Of a DNA stretch of 64,000 bases, positions 1 to 7,041 are shown piece by piece; position 1 is the first letter of the stretch; every line of letters begins with the position of its first letter. The translations under genes were made by a program, and so were the position numbers. The DNA comes from a virus (Duplodnaviria; Caudoviricetes). Under the pieces are notes generated by a model. That model was not told the DNA's origin. It did no database searches and worked only from the letters and a program-made list of their open reading frames with translations. The stretch lies in the IMG/VR virus record IMGVR_UViG_3300039109_000042, positions 1,497 through 65,496 of that record; one strand, written 5' to 3'.

Positions 1-508
1 TTACGAACCCCATCAACCAACCTGCCTTGTAGCCTCTGGCTAGCTTGACATCACCGCCTGCCTTGCACTCGTAGAAGTACCGAACGTAGTCCTTCTCGGA
101 GTGCTCGATAGCATATCGGGTAAGGAAGACGGTCATGAACTCGCAGGCCTGGCGGTTTGACCTAGTACCAATGATCATGAACGTGTTGGTCCTGTGCACA
201 GGCAAGATCCCGCACATGTGGGCATCAGCCACCACGTGGGCTAGCAGCTCCGACCACAGGACCCGGCCTTTCTTGAACGGCAGACCGAACGCCTGCGGGT
301 GGAAGTAGTGGGCCTTGACTGGATCATGCTGTGCTTCCAGGGCTGCCTCGACGTCGGTCATCTCGAGGTTGTGCTTCAGCAGCAGCTTCTGGACGGCCGA
401 GGCGAAGGCAAAGGCCTCTGCCTCGTTGCCCAGCTGCTTGGCCGACTCTGCCTTGGCGTGCATCTTCTTGATGCGGTCCAGCAGCTTTTCCATCGGGATC
501 TCGGTCAC
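1..508 (-). CDS. DUF2786-like protein (partial, runs off left edge)
   Basis: Hand-translated, not in ORF track: GTG start, MTEIPMEKLLDRIKKMHAKAESAKQLGNEAEAFAFASAVQKLLLKHNL..., matching the DUF2786 pattern; no stop before position 1. Confidence 0.7.
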   Translation of the reverse strand, partial: MTEIPMEKLLDRIKKMHAKAESAKQLGNEAEAFAFASAVQKLLLKHNLEMTDVEAALEAQHDPVKAHYFHPQAFGLPFKKGRVLWSELLAHVVADAHMCGILPVHRTNTFMIIGTRSNRQACEFMTVFLTRYAIEHSEKDYVRYFYECKAGGDVKLARGYKAGWLMGFV

Positions 509-678
509 AGCTCACGCTCCTGGTCGAGTTCCTTCTTGGCCTTACGTGCATCAGCCCGTACTATCCAGCGGCTCATGAGCTTGCCTGTGATGGTGTCCCT
601 GACGATCCAGGTGCCTCCACCAGTCCACTCATGGTTCTGCTCCACGATGAAGCGTGGCTGCTCCTTGTGCTTGGTCAT
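505..678 (-). CDS. small hypothetical protein (57 aa)
   Basis: Hand-translated MTKHKEQPRFIVEQNHEW...; 4-nt overlaps with both neighbours. Confidence 0.55.
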   Translation of the reverse strand: MTKHKEQPRFIVEQNHEWTGGGTWIVRDTITGKLMSRWIVRADARKAKKELDQEREL

Positions 679-872
679 AGTTCTCTACCAGCAAAGAGTG
701 CCGCTATCTCATGCCGCTCGTCAAAGTCAAGTAGGTGACCTCGTCCACAGGTGTTAGGTACATCTGCCTCTGTGACCTTCCTACCGCGCTCTACGTTGAT
801 CCTGATCTTGCCGCCGCAGAGCTTACCGCCAGGTTCATCGGTCATCTCGCATCTTATGATACGGATCATCAT
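675..872 (-). CDS. small Cys/His-containing hypothetical protein
   Basis: ORF track; ATGA coupling. Confidence 0.55.
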   Translation of the reverse strand: MMIRIIRCEMTDEPGGKLCGGKIRINVERGRKVTEADVPNTCGRGHLLDFDERHEIAALFAGREL

Positions 873-1075
873 ACCTTCCTGTCGATCTTGAACCTGCCGA
901 GGCCAGTGACCCCGTACTCGGTGAAGCGCATCACGTTGCTGAACCGCTCGATGTAGATGGACAGCTCACCCGAAGGGAGCCTGTTCCTGTAGTACGCCTT
1001 GAGCTCACGCCCGTTGCTGGTGTCGAGCACCACCAGCTCATCGCCTGGGATAAGGCGCGTTAGGTCAACGGCCAT
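869..1075 (-). CDS. hypothetical protein
   Basis: ORF track, restarted at MAVDLTR after GGGGAGG. Confidence 0.55.
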   Translation of the reverse strand: MAVDLTRLIPGDELVVLDTSNGRELKAYYRNRLPSGELSIYIERFSNVMRFTEYGVTGLGRFKIDRKV

Positions 1076-1304
1076 CTTGAATACCCTCCCCTTGAAGGAG
1101 CTCCCTATGATACCTGTAGTATAGGTCACGCCTGGTACCATCTAGGTGACCTAGCAGGTCTTCCTCATACAGGCTGATGAAGGCAAGGCTGATCTTGTCG
1201 CCAGCATAGCTACGGCTGACAAACGGCTCATGCATGACCTTCATCTTGGTGTCTAGCGCGGCCATCAGGAATGCGCGACGCATGTAGTTGGTGGCGAGGG
1301 TCAT
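1065..1304 (-). CDS. hypothetical protein
   Basis: ORF track, restarted at MTLATNY after GGAGG. Confidence 0.55.
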   Translation of the reverse strand: MTLATNYMRRAFLMAALDTKMKVMHEPFVSRSYAGDKISLAFISLYEEDLLGHLDGTRRDLYYRYHRELLQGEGIQDGR

Positions 1305-1525
1305 AGCTTGCCCTCCACGTAACACCGGACGCACTCTGATGTTCCTGGGGCGCGTGGCTCTAGGCCACACTCGCTGCAGACCTCTGACTCCTTACGTATA
1401 GCAAAGCTGTACGCCGCTCCGATACCTCCGAAGCTGTCGAGGACCTTCTTCTCGATCTGATCGACCACATCGAACATGTGCTGGTCGGCGTTGCGCTCGA
1501 CGGTGTATCTGGGGTAGAGGCGCAT
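1301..1525 (-). CDS. hypothetical protein with C-terminal CxxC...CxxC
   Basis: ORF track; AGGAGG SD; TGATG coupling. Confidence 0.6.
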   Translation of the reverse strand: MRLYPRYTVERNADQHMFDVVDQIEKKVLDSFGGIGAAYSFAIRKESEVCSECGLEPRAPGTSECVRCYVEGKL

Positions 1526-1698
1526 CAGCCCTCCTGTTTGGAGAGGAGGTTGCTGAGCTTGTGGACCGCCCTGTTGACGGCACCAACGAACGTGACATCC
1601 TCTGCCTCGACCATCACCTTGGACAGCGGTGTCGGGATGGGCAGGCTTCCGAACTGACCTGTGCCAGTAAGGGTGAGCTGTACCTTGAACTTCTCCAC
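1525..1698 (-). CDS. small hypothetical protein (57 aa)
   Basis: Hand-translated GTG start MEKFKVQLTLTG...; GGAG SD; first gene downstream of hammerhead 1. Confidence 0.55.
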   Translation of the reverse strand: MEKFKVQLTLTGTGQFGSLPIPTPLSKVMVEAEDVTFVGAVNRAVHKLSNLLSKQEG

Positions 1699-1749
1699 TA
1701 TGACTCCGGGGCTAACCGTGGCGTGCTATGGGCACGTCGCCAGGCTGAT

Positions 1750-1885
1750 GGGCTCATCAGTACGGATCTGATCCGCAGACACAGGTAAAGGTAAGCCTAA
1801 CTCCCGATTCCCTCAAGATTGTATCGGACACGGTTTGCTTACCACCTCAGGCACCACCCCTGGCGCTGAGTCCTGTGTTTCGCCC
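1750..1885 (-). ncRNA. type II hammerhead ribozyme with branched insertion in stem III
   Basis: GGGC-GAAA-CACAGG...CCUGUG-UC^-UGCGGAU-cag-AUCCGUA-CUGAUGA-GCCC; full core and stems I-III; predicted cut between 1778 and 1777. Confidence 0.8.
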
Positions 1886-1890
1886 TGCTG

Positions 1891-1981
1891 TACCTCCGGA
1901 GGGAATTGAACCCTCACCATGACGCCTCGTTCCGGAACTACTACGTCATGTGTAGCCTTTTCAGGCTTGGTTCTCGGCGGC
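1891..1981 (-). ncRNA. tRNA-like RNA with aberrant D and anticodon arms
   Basis: Acceptor GCCGCCG/CGGAGGU (6 of 7 paired) plus A; T arm GAGGG-UUCAAUU-CCCUC; AGCCU-GAAA-AGGCU hairpin; CAUGACG/CGUCAUG stem with 19-nt loop. Confidence 0.55.
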
Positions 1982-1997
1982 TATGCCTACAATATGT

Positions 1998-2183
1998 TGG
2001 GGCCAGGACTTACCGCTGTGCGCGCACAACGGGCTTTATCTTCACCTGTAACGAGCCCCCTAGGGATCGCCGCTGATTTCCCCTTGTGAGGAGCCGGGTC
2101 AGCAGTAACCCGTCCGGACCTGGAGTACCGAGAGCTGGCAGGCGTTCGACTCGTCCTGTAGCGTCTGGCCTGTGCCGTCCGAC
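1998..2183 (-). ncRNA. candidate structured RNA (three stem-loop domains)
   Basis: Non-coding gap with hand-found helices GGGUUACUGCUGA/UCAGCGGCGAUCC, GGGGC/GCCCC, CAGG/CCUG, CCGUUGUG/CACAGCGG. Confidence 0.4.
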
Positions 2184-2185
2184 TA

Positions 2186-2470
2186 CTAGACCGTTGCCGT
2201 GGCCTGAACAGCCGCCTCTTTCTTCATCAGGCAGCGGTAGTGCGCGATGTGCTTCGCCGGCTTCCGCGCTGCCGCAGATCCGGGGAAGTTCGCCTGCACG
2301 GTGACCGTGAGGTCCTTGGTGCTGACGCCCGCCAAGATGCCCTGGCGGATGGTCTGACGAATCGACTTCGGTGGAGCCTGCTCGATCGTCTGTGGCTCGG
2401 TCGACTTCACGACCTCGGTGACGCTGGCCGCAGCCAGGCGCTTGCCCTTGCTCTTGCTCTTGGTGCTCAT
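2186..2470 (-). CDS. small basic protein, SIRQ-family paralog 1
   Basis: SIRQTIRQGILAG...FPGSAAARK..KHIAHYR; ATAGCGGAGA leader. Confidence 0.75.
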   Translation of the reverse strand: MSTKSKSKGKRLAAASVTEVVKSTEPQTIEQAPPKSIRQTIRQGILAGVSTKDLTVTVQANFPGSAAARKPAKHIAHYRCLMKKEAAVQATATV

Positions 2471-2493
2471 GTTGACTCTCCGCTATGGGAAAT

Positions 2494-2577
2494 GGATGGT
2501 GGCACTTTCGCCGAACGTTCGTCAGCGAACTCGTTAACAACTTAACATACCAACGACATCAAAGTACATACCGCAGA
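2494..2577. repeat. ~84-bp direct repeat copy 1 (promoter plus leader hairpin); copy 2 at 3034-3116
   Basis: GGATGGyGGCACyTTCGCCGAACGTTCGTCAGCGAACT...GTACATrCCGCAGA in both copies. Confidence 0.9.
2539..2568 (-). promoter_or_regulatory. phage promoter motif
   Basis: GGTA-TGTACT-N18-TAAGTT with TG extension. Confidence 0.65.
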
Positions 2578-2598
2578 ACTAACTCGTTTGGAGCTTAT

Positions 2599-2669
2599 TG
2601 ACAGGGGCAGGAGTTGAACCTGCGGCCTCCGATGAAGTCACGGTGCTCTACCGCCTGAGCTACCCTGTC
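2599..2669 (-). tRNA. pseudo-tRNA or tRNA mimic with shortened anticodon arm; identity not assignable
   Basis: GACAGGG-UA-GCUC-AGGCGGUA-GAGC-A-[CCGUGACUUCAUCGG]-AGGCC-GCAGG-UUCAACU-CCUGC-CCCUGUC-A; anticodon arm 15 nt instead of 17; no encoded CCA. Confidence 0.75.
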
Positions 2670-2674
2670 TTGTC

Positions 2675-3016
2675 TTACTGGCTGATCGTCACGTCCACGA
2701 ACGCTGGATCAAGGTACTGAGTGATGTCACCCATCGGGAACAGCTCGATACGCGCCTTGTCACCCAAGGCGTAGACACACCCACTGCTCTTGGTCTGTGA
2801 GGCGTCGGTCACCTTCGCGACCTGCGCGGCGTCCTTCAAAAAGATCGCCTGCCACTGCCAGTCGACCCATGACACCTGCAGGTTGAACTGGGCTGGGTTG
2901 GCGCATGCCACGACCTTTGTGGTAATGGCGTGTTGGCGGGCGAATGGGTCGGGCCCAATCGAGTCCTGGCAAGCGGCCAGGCCGAGTACTGCGGTGAGGA
3001 GCAGGAGTCTTTTCAT
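2675..3016 (-). CDS. predicted lipoprotein
   Basis: MKRLLLLTAVLGLAAC lipobox. Confidence 0.75.
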   Translation of the reverse strand: MKRLLLLTAVLGLAACQDSIGPDPFARQHAITTKVVACANPAQFNLQVSWVDWQWQAIFLKDAAQVAKVTDASQTKSSGCVYALGDKARIELFPMGDITQYLDPAFVDVTISQ

Positions 3017-3033
3017 GGTATAACCTCTGGATA

Positions 3034-3116
3034 GGATGGCGGCACCTTCGCCGAACGTTCGTCAGCGAACTTGTTACAATCTAACATTCCAACAGCATCA
3101 ATGTACATGCCGCAGA
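3034..3116. repeat. direct repeat copy 2, including promoter TGTACA-N18-TAGATT (3107-3078, minus)
   Basis: Near-identical to 2494-2577. Confidence 0.9.
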
Positions 3117-3117
3117 T

Positions 3118-3294
3118 TCACTTACCCAACAGGATCGCCTCTAGCTCAGTATGCAAGAGCGCGGCGCAGGAGTGACAGTACTTCGTGGAATGCACCAACT
3201 GAGGGTAGGTGGATGTTCGCGCCTCAAGTACCGCAGGTTTACCGCACGACCCACATTGGTCTGTCTTGTCTGTGGTAATCTTGATCTCGATCAT
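3118..3294 (-). CDS. small CxxC...CxxC protein
   Basis: Hand-translated MIEIKITTDKTDQCGSCG...YCHSC; ATGA coupling. Confidence 0.5.
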   Translation of the reverse strand: MIEIKITTDKTDQCGSCGKPAVLEARTSTYPQLVHSTKYCHSCAALLHTELEAILLGK

Positions 3295-3677
3295 GAGCCT
3301 TCACCGCAGCCACGACCGCTGATCCTGTCACGCTCACCGATGGTATCGTGCAGCGTGGTTGTACCATATATTGCCTTGAGCAGGCGCGGGTCTGCAGGGA
3401 TGCCTTGACCTGTCTGACTGTCATCAGGTAGGCCGTCAGCGCAAAGTCGACATAGGACATCATCGCCAGCGCCGTCACCTGACATGTAGTAGTCGGCGAC
3501 GTTATCGTCGTCGCGCTTACCGTTGTGTGGGATCCTTGACCCACATGAGTCACAGTGGAACGACTCCCGGTCGATCCTGAACACGCCGTCTGGGCGCATG
3601 TCCAAATCCATGTTCACCTGCCATACCAAGCTTTTCTCGCGCTCGGTCAAGCTGTGGTCAATGAATGGTGCAGTCAT
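3291..3677 (-). CDS. hypothetical Zn-finger-like protein
   Basis: CDSC...CRLC; GGAGG SD. Confidence 0.6.
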   Translation of the reverse strand: MTAPFIDHSLTEREKSLVWQVNMDLDMRPDGVFRIDRESFHCDSCGSRIPHNGKRDDDNVADYYMSGDGAGDDVLCRLCADGLPDDSQTGQGIPADPRLLKAIYGTTTLHDTIGERDRISGRGCGEGS

Positions 3678-4006
3678 GCCTCCGCCTCCGTCGCCAGGAC
3701 GGGCATCAGCATGACCTCAAACCAAAGGTCCGTCTGCTTGGTGAAGTTCTCGATGGTCAGGTTATGGGCATAGTCGATCTGCTCCTGGGTCGAGTACTCG
3801 TCCGTCTCGGACCTGATGAACTCGATCTCCCGCTGTGTGGCCCAACGCTCCAACACCTCGTTCTCGCCGTCCTTAGGTATGGTGATGCCCAAGGACTTGA
3901 GGAACGCAGGCTCGACCACAGCCGCGACATCGACGATGTCACTACTGTTGGGATCGTGGCGGAGGATGACATAGACATCCGCATATGATACCCTTACCTT
4001 ACCCAT
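3674..4006 (-). CDS. acidic hypothetical protein
   Basis: ORF track; ATAGCGGAGA leader; promoter at 4054-4083. Confidence 0.7.
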   Translation of the reverse strand: MGKVRVSYADVYVILRHDPNSSDIVDVAAVVEPAFLKSLGITIPKDGENEVLERWATQREIEFIRSETDEYSTQEQIDYAHNLTIENFTKQTDLWFEVMLMPVLATEAEA

Positions 4007-4053
4007 GGTGATTCTCCGCTATGGTGGGGTGGTTGACTTGTTTCATCGACTTA

Positions 4054-4083
4054 AATCTAACATCCCAACAACATCATTGTACA
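4054..4083 (-). promoter_or_regulatory. phage promoter motif
   Basis: GGTA-TGTACA-N18-TAGATT. Confidence 0.65.
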
Positions 4084-4089
4084 TACCGC

Positions 4090-4347
4090 CTAGGGCTTCT
4101 CAGGCATCAACAAGGTATCCTCAGCCTCCTCAAAGGCATTGGCTACCCAGAGCGGAAGCTGATGTTCCTCGATCGGGTCAAGCTTCCCGATCCGTAACTC
4201 TGCCTTCACCTGTGGGTGGAAGTCGACCAGCAGGAAGTCGATGTCCTCGGTGCCTTTCTCGATGGCATGATGTATCGCCTTCTCGTTGACAGGCTCACTG
4301 TCATCGACCGCCAAGAACACCTCGACCTGTGCTCGGTAATGCCTCAT
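4090..4347 (-). CDS. hypothetical protein
   Basis: ORF track; ATGA coupling. Confidence 0.6.
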   Translation of the reverse strand: MRHYRAQVEVFLAVDDSEPVNEKAIHHAIEKGTEDIDFLLVDFHPQVKAELRIGKLDPIEEHQLPLWVANAFEEAEDTLLMPEKP

Positions 4348-4622
4348 AGCGGTATCTCCTGATAGATGCCGGCACCAACGGTTCCTGGAACCACCTCGCC
4401 TGGCGGGTTGGTGCTATGGCCAGTGAACGGCGCACACGCCAAGCAGTGGACCACGCACATCACGGCTCCGACCTCGTCCGTTGTCTCGAACATCTCCTGC
4501 ATGAACTGGACCGTGGCCGCGTCGACCCTGAACCGCACACCACACCCCTTGCATGGCATGGTGTGGCGTGTCCAGACGTGCCCAGCCTTGTGCTGGATCA
4601 CGCCACACCTGTCGTAGGTCAT
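4344..4622 (-). CDS. Cys-rich hypothetical protein
   Basis: CKGC, CLAC; ATGA coupling. Confidence 0.55.
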   Translation of the reverse strand: MTYDRCGVIQHKAGHVWTRHTMPCKGCGVRFRVDAATVQFMQEMFETTDEVGAVMCVVHCLACAPFTGHSTNPPGEVVPGTVGAGIYQEIPL

Positions 4623-4819
4623 GGTATGATCACCTCGGCATTGATCTTGACCGCATCTAAGGCCACACCATATCCTTCGGCCTTGATGAAGTCATGCCAG
4701 TGGCTCTTGGCCTTGTCGTAGGCCTCCGACTCGTTGTCGGCGAACACCAGGACTGCGCCAGCGAGGTCAGTGACCCCGCCATCGGCGCTGCCCGTGTAGA
4801 TCTTGATGTGGTAGATCAT
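4619..4819 (-). CDS. hypothetical protein
   Basis: Restarted at MIYHIKIY; ATGA coupling. Confidence 0.55.
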   Translation of the reverse strand: MIYHIKIYTGSADGGVTDLAGAVLVFADNESEAYDKAKSHWHDFIKAEGYGVALDAVKINAEVIIP

Positions 4820-5133
4820 GATGCCGCCCAACCGAAGAAATACCAGCGGCTGAAGGCGTGCCCATCGTTGCCCGCGACCGCTATGGCACCGGCCTTCTGC
4901 CACTTCTCGATCTCGGGGTCCTTGCCATCGAGGTACGGCTCCTCGATCGCGGTGATCTGGTCCTGCTTCACCGGCTTGGCTTGAACCACCTTCACACCAT
5001 GCGTGGTGCTGATGGTCCCGTTGTAACCGTCATGACCGCGCATGTACAGGGCTTTGTCTACCAGCTCCTTGTACGCCTTGGCCACGTCCTTCTCGCCTGG
5101 GCGGCCCATCACACCAAAGGTGCAGGCTCCCAT
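4816..5133 (-). CDS. phage hypothetical protein (MGACTF...GHDGYNGTIST...W.FFGWA type)
   Basis: Restarted at MGACTF after GAGG; TGATG coupling. Confidence 0.65.
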   Translation of the reverse strand: MGACTFGVMGRPGEKDVAKAYKELVDKALYMRGHDGYNGTISTTHGVKVVQAKPVKQDQITAIEEPYLDGKDPEIEKWQKAGAIAVAGNDGHAFSRWYFFGWAAS

Positions 5134-5303
5134 CAGGACCTCACCGCCATCTCGGCACATCTGCCATTGACCAACATGGCAAGAACCTCGGCGCCTGGGC
5201 GCACGGTCTGTGTGGTCCGCTGTTCCCACCAGTTGTTGAGCAGGCTCAGCGCGGTCAGGTACTCCAGGAATCCTGGGACCTTCACCTCAGTCTTGGTATA
5301 CAT
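5133..5303 (-). CDS. hypothetical protein
   Basis: MYTKTEV start after ATAGCGGAGG; first gene downstream of hammerhead 2. Confidence 0.6.
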   Translation of the reverse strand: MYTKTEVKVPGFLEYLTALSLLNNWWEQRTTQTVRPGAEVLAMLVNGRCAEMAVRS

Positions 5304-5359
5304 CGATCCTCCGCTATACGGGGTGGTCTGGCGCATCGTCCGTCGGAATCGACGTCCAA

Positions 5360-5427
5360 TGACGGCTCGTCAGCACGGCTATCTGCCGTGGACACCATGC
5401 CTGCGCGGCACGGTGTTTCGCCGATCA
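5360..5427 (-). ncRNA. type II hammerhead ribozyme (compact, canonical)
   Basis: GGC-GAAA-CACCGUGCC-gcgca-GGCAUGGUG-UC^-CACGGC-agaua-GCCGUG-CUGACGA-GCC; predicted cut between 5391 and 5390. Confidence 0.9.
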
Positions 5428-5808
5428 CGCACCAACCTTCGGTAGCAAACCTTCTTTCCGCAGCTTGGAGCGGTAGAAGGCGATGTGGATCGTGCTCTTG
5501 GCGGCGGCAGCCGTACCCGGCTTGGCCTCGGCCAACCACGCCGCGATCGTCTTGGTATCCTCGCCAGCGAGCAGCCGGCTCCGGATGCCCTGTCGGATCG
5601 AGCCTGGGTTCGTCGGAGCGACGTACGTCGGCTTCGTCTTCGCGGCAACGACCGCGGCAGCTGCGGCTCGCTCCGCCTCACGGCGCTGCTTCTTGTTCTC
5701 CGGTTTCGGCGCAGCAAGATCGGCTGCGGCCTGTGCCATCAGCTCGGCACGCATCGTTGCCTGCTCATCTGCCGACATGATGTCGGTCGTACCCTGTGCC
5801 TGCTCCAT
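5425..5808 (-). CDS. SIRQ-family paralog 2
   Basis: Restarted at MEQAQG; SIRQGIRSRLLAG...KPGTAAAAK..IHIAFYRSKLRKEG. Confidence 0.75.
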   Translation of the reverse strand: MEQAQGTTDIMSADEQATMRAELMAQAAADLAAPKPENKKQRREAERAAAAAVVAAKTKPTYVAPTNPGSIRQGIRSRLLAGEDTKTIAAWLAEAKPGTAAAAKSTIHIAFYRSKLRKEGLLPKVGA

Positions 5809-5878
5809 GTGTCGATTCTCCGCTATCGGGGTGGTTGCTGCTGCGGAATCATTTGATTGCCGCAGGTTTATCTTATTC

Positions 5879-5930
5879 AATCTAACATCCGAAACTAACA
5901 AAGTACATACCGAAATTAAAACTCCCTTGG
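5879..5930 (-). promoter_or_regulatory. promoter motif, repeated at 6164-6216
   Basis: TGTACT-N17-TAGATT; AAAGTACATACCGAAATwAAAACTCCCTTGG shared by both copies. Confidence 0.7.
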
Positions 5931-5943
5931 AGCTACGATACCG

Positions 5944-6132
5944 CTATGCCAAACTGTGTCCAATTGAATCTTCGATCCTGTTCTCCATCTCCGCAACGAG
6001 CCAATTCGCGGGATTCCAACCCTCCAAGGTGCCTTTGAACGCCTTGTAGTCATCGTCCCGAATAGGGAACGCTTCCGTTTGCTTGTACTGCGGATCAGTG
6101 TCATCCGTGATCGTGATTTGGACCCGTATCAT
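5944..6132 (-). CDS. small acidic hypothetical protein
   Basis: ORF track; GGAGA SD; own promoter. Confidence 0.6.
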   Translation of the reverse strand: MIRVQITITDDTDPQYKQTEAFPIRDDDYKAFKGTLEGWNPANWLVAEMENRIEDSIGHSLA

Positions 6133-6163
6133 ATCGACATTCTCCGTGTGAAATTCATGATTA

Positions 6164-6216
6164 AATCTAACATACCTAGATGTATAAAGTACATACCGAA
6201 ATAAAAACTCCCTTGG
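6164..6216 (-). promoter_or_regulatory. phage promoter motif
   Basis: GGTA-TGTACT-N18-TAGATT. Confidence 0.7.
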
Positions 6217-6481
6217 CGCTACTGTGCCGGGATATCACAAATGTGCTACCGTAATCGGTGCGCGTTTGCACCGACAACCTAAAAAGGCCCAAGTTATGTG
6301 GCTCCTTGCACTTAGGTAAAGGATCCGGTGCCTCGATTCAACTACCTGTCAACCACCTGCTGGTGCCTTGCCCGGTCCGATAGTGAGTCGTTTTCGACAC
6401 GATGTACCGGAAACATGGGCCGACAACAGTCCGATAACGGTTCAACCCGCCACGGGCCCAGTGACCAATGTACCTGCTCAG

Positions 6482-6587
6482 GGTACCCAGATCCTCACAT
6501 CACACGGCAAATTTGCGTAGGGTACCGGCCTCGGGCCAGGGTACCAATGGAGGGTACCAGGGGTTCCCGGCACCAGGTCACGGTACC
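6482..6587. repeat. cluster of five GGTACC palindromes
   Basis: GGTACC at 6482, 6521, 6540, 6553 and 6582 in a non-coding gap. Confidence 0.7.
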
Positions 6588-6612
6588 GAGGTCCCAAGTG
6601 TGTTGCACAGGG

Positions 6613-6816
6613 TCACCGGGTCATGTGGGCCTCAACCACCTTGATGGAGCCTTCCAACCGGTAGCTCTTGTGGACGGCAGCAGCGATGTCCCTGGCGGCT
6701 GCTGCCAGCTCGAAGGTCACGTAGGCGGTGGCCTCAGCAGGGTCTTGGCTCCAGCCGAGGTCCTGGATGCCGTACGAGTAACCCTCCTCGTCATGGAGCC
6801 GAATGTGGTACATCAT
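6613..6816 (-). CDS. hypothetical protein
   Basis: Restarted at MMYHIRL; TGATG coupling. Confidence 0.5.
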   Translation of the reverse strand: MMYHIRLHDEEGYSYGIQDLGWSQDPAEATAYVTFELAAAARDIAAAVHKSYRLEGSIKVVEAHMTR

Positions 6817-6971
6817 CAGTCTACCCTCGTGATGAAGAGCACCGGCTCCACCCGGCTGACGTTGTCGAGGATCTGTGCCACATGCTCCTGGCAAGGGTTT
6901 ATTATCGGTGCCTTCGCGTCTGGGGTCGTGGTCACCGAATACACGCTGGGTCTTCCGCAAGCACATCTCAT
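6816..6971 (-). CDS. small Cys/His protein (51 aa)
   Basis: Hand-translated MRCACGRPSV...PCQEH; AAGGAG SD. Confidence 0.5.
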   Translation of the reverse strand: MRCACGRPSVYSVTTTPDAKAPIINPCQEHVAQILDNVSRVEPVLFITRVD

Positions 6972-7041
6972 GGGTACCAATCTCCTTCCTGGGAGGTCGC
7001 CGCCCGGGACACTCGCCCGGGCGGCTGGCTCCGTGGGGTGG

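Noticed and set aside
1891-2183. tmRNA
   Set aside because: No GGGG 5' end pairing with a CUCCACCA 3' end, no G3-U70 pair and no tag reading frame recognised.
2500-2530. CUGACGA...GAAA on the minus strand within the leader repeat, as a third hammerhead
   Set aside because: Stem II does not pair (ACGUUCGGC), no stem I or III is present, and the second copy has GAAG instead of GAAA.
2599-2669. Functional opal suppressor or tRNA-Sec implying UGA recoding
   Set aside because: The anticodon arm is malformed, there is no long variable arm, and TGA terminates many coupled genes.
2494-6216. CRISPR-like array from the early-region repeats
   Set aside because: Repeats are irregularly spaced promoters separated by whole genes; no cas genes.
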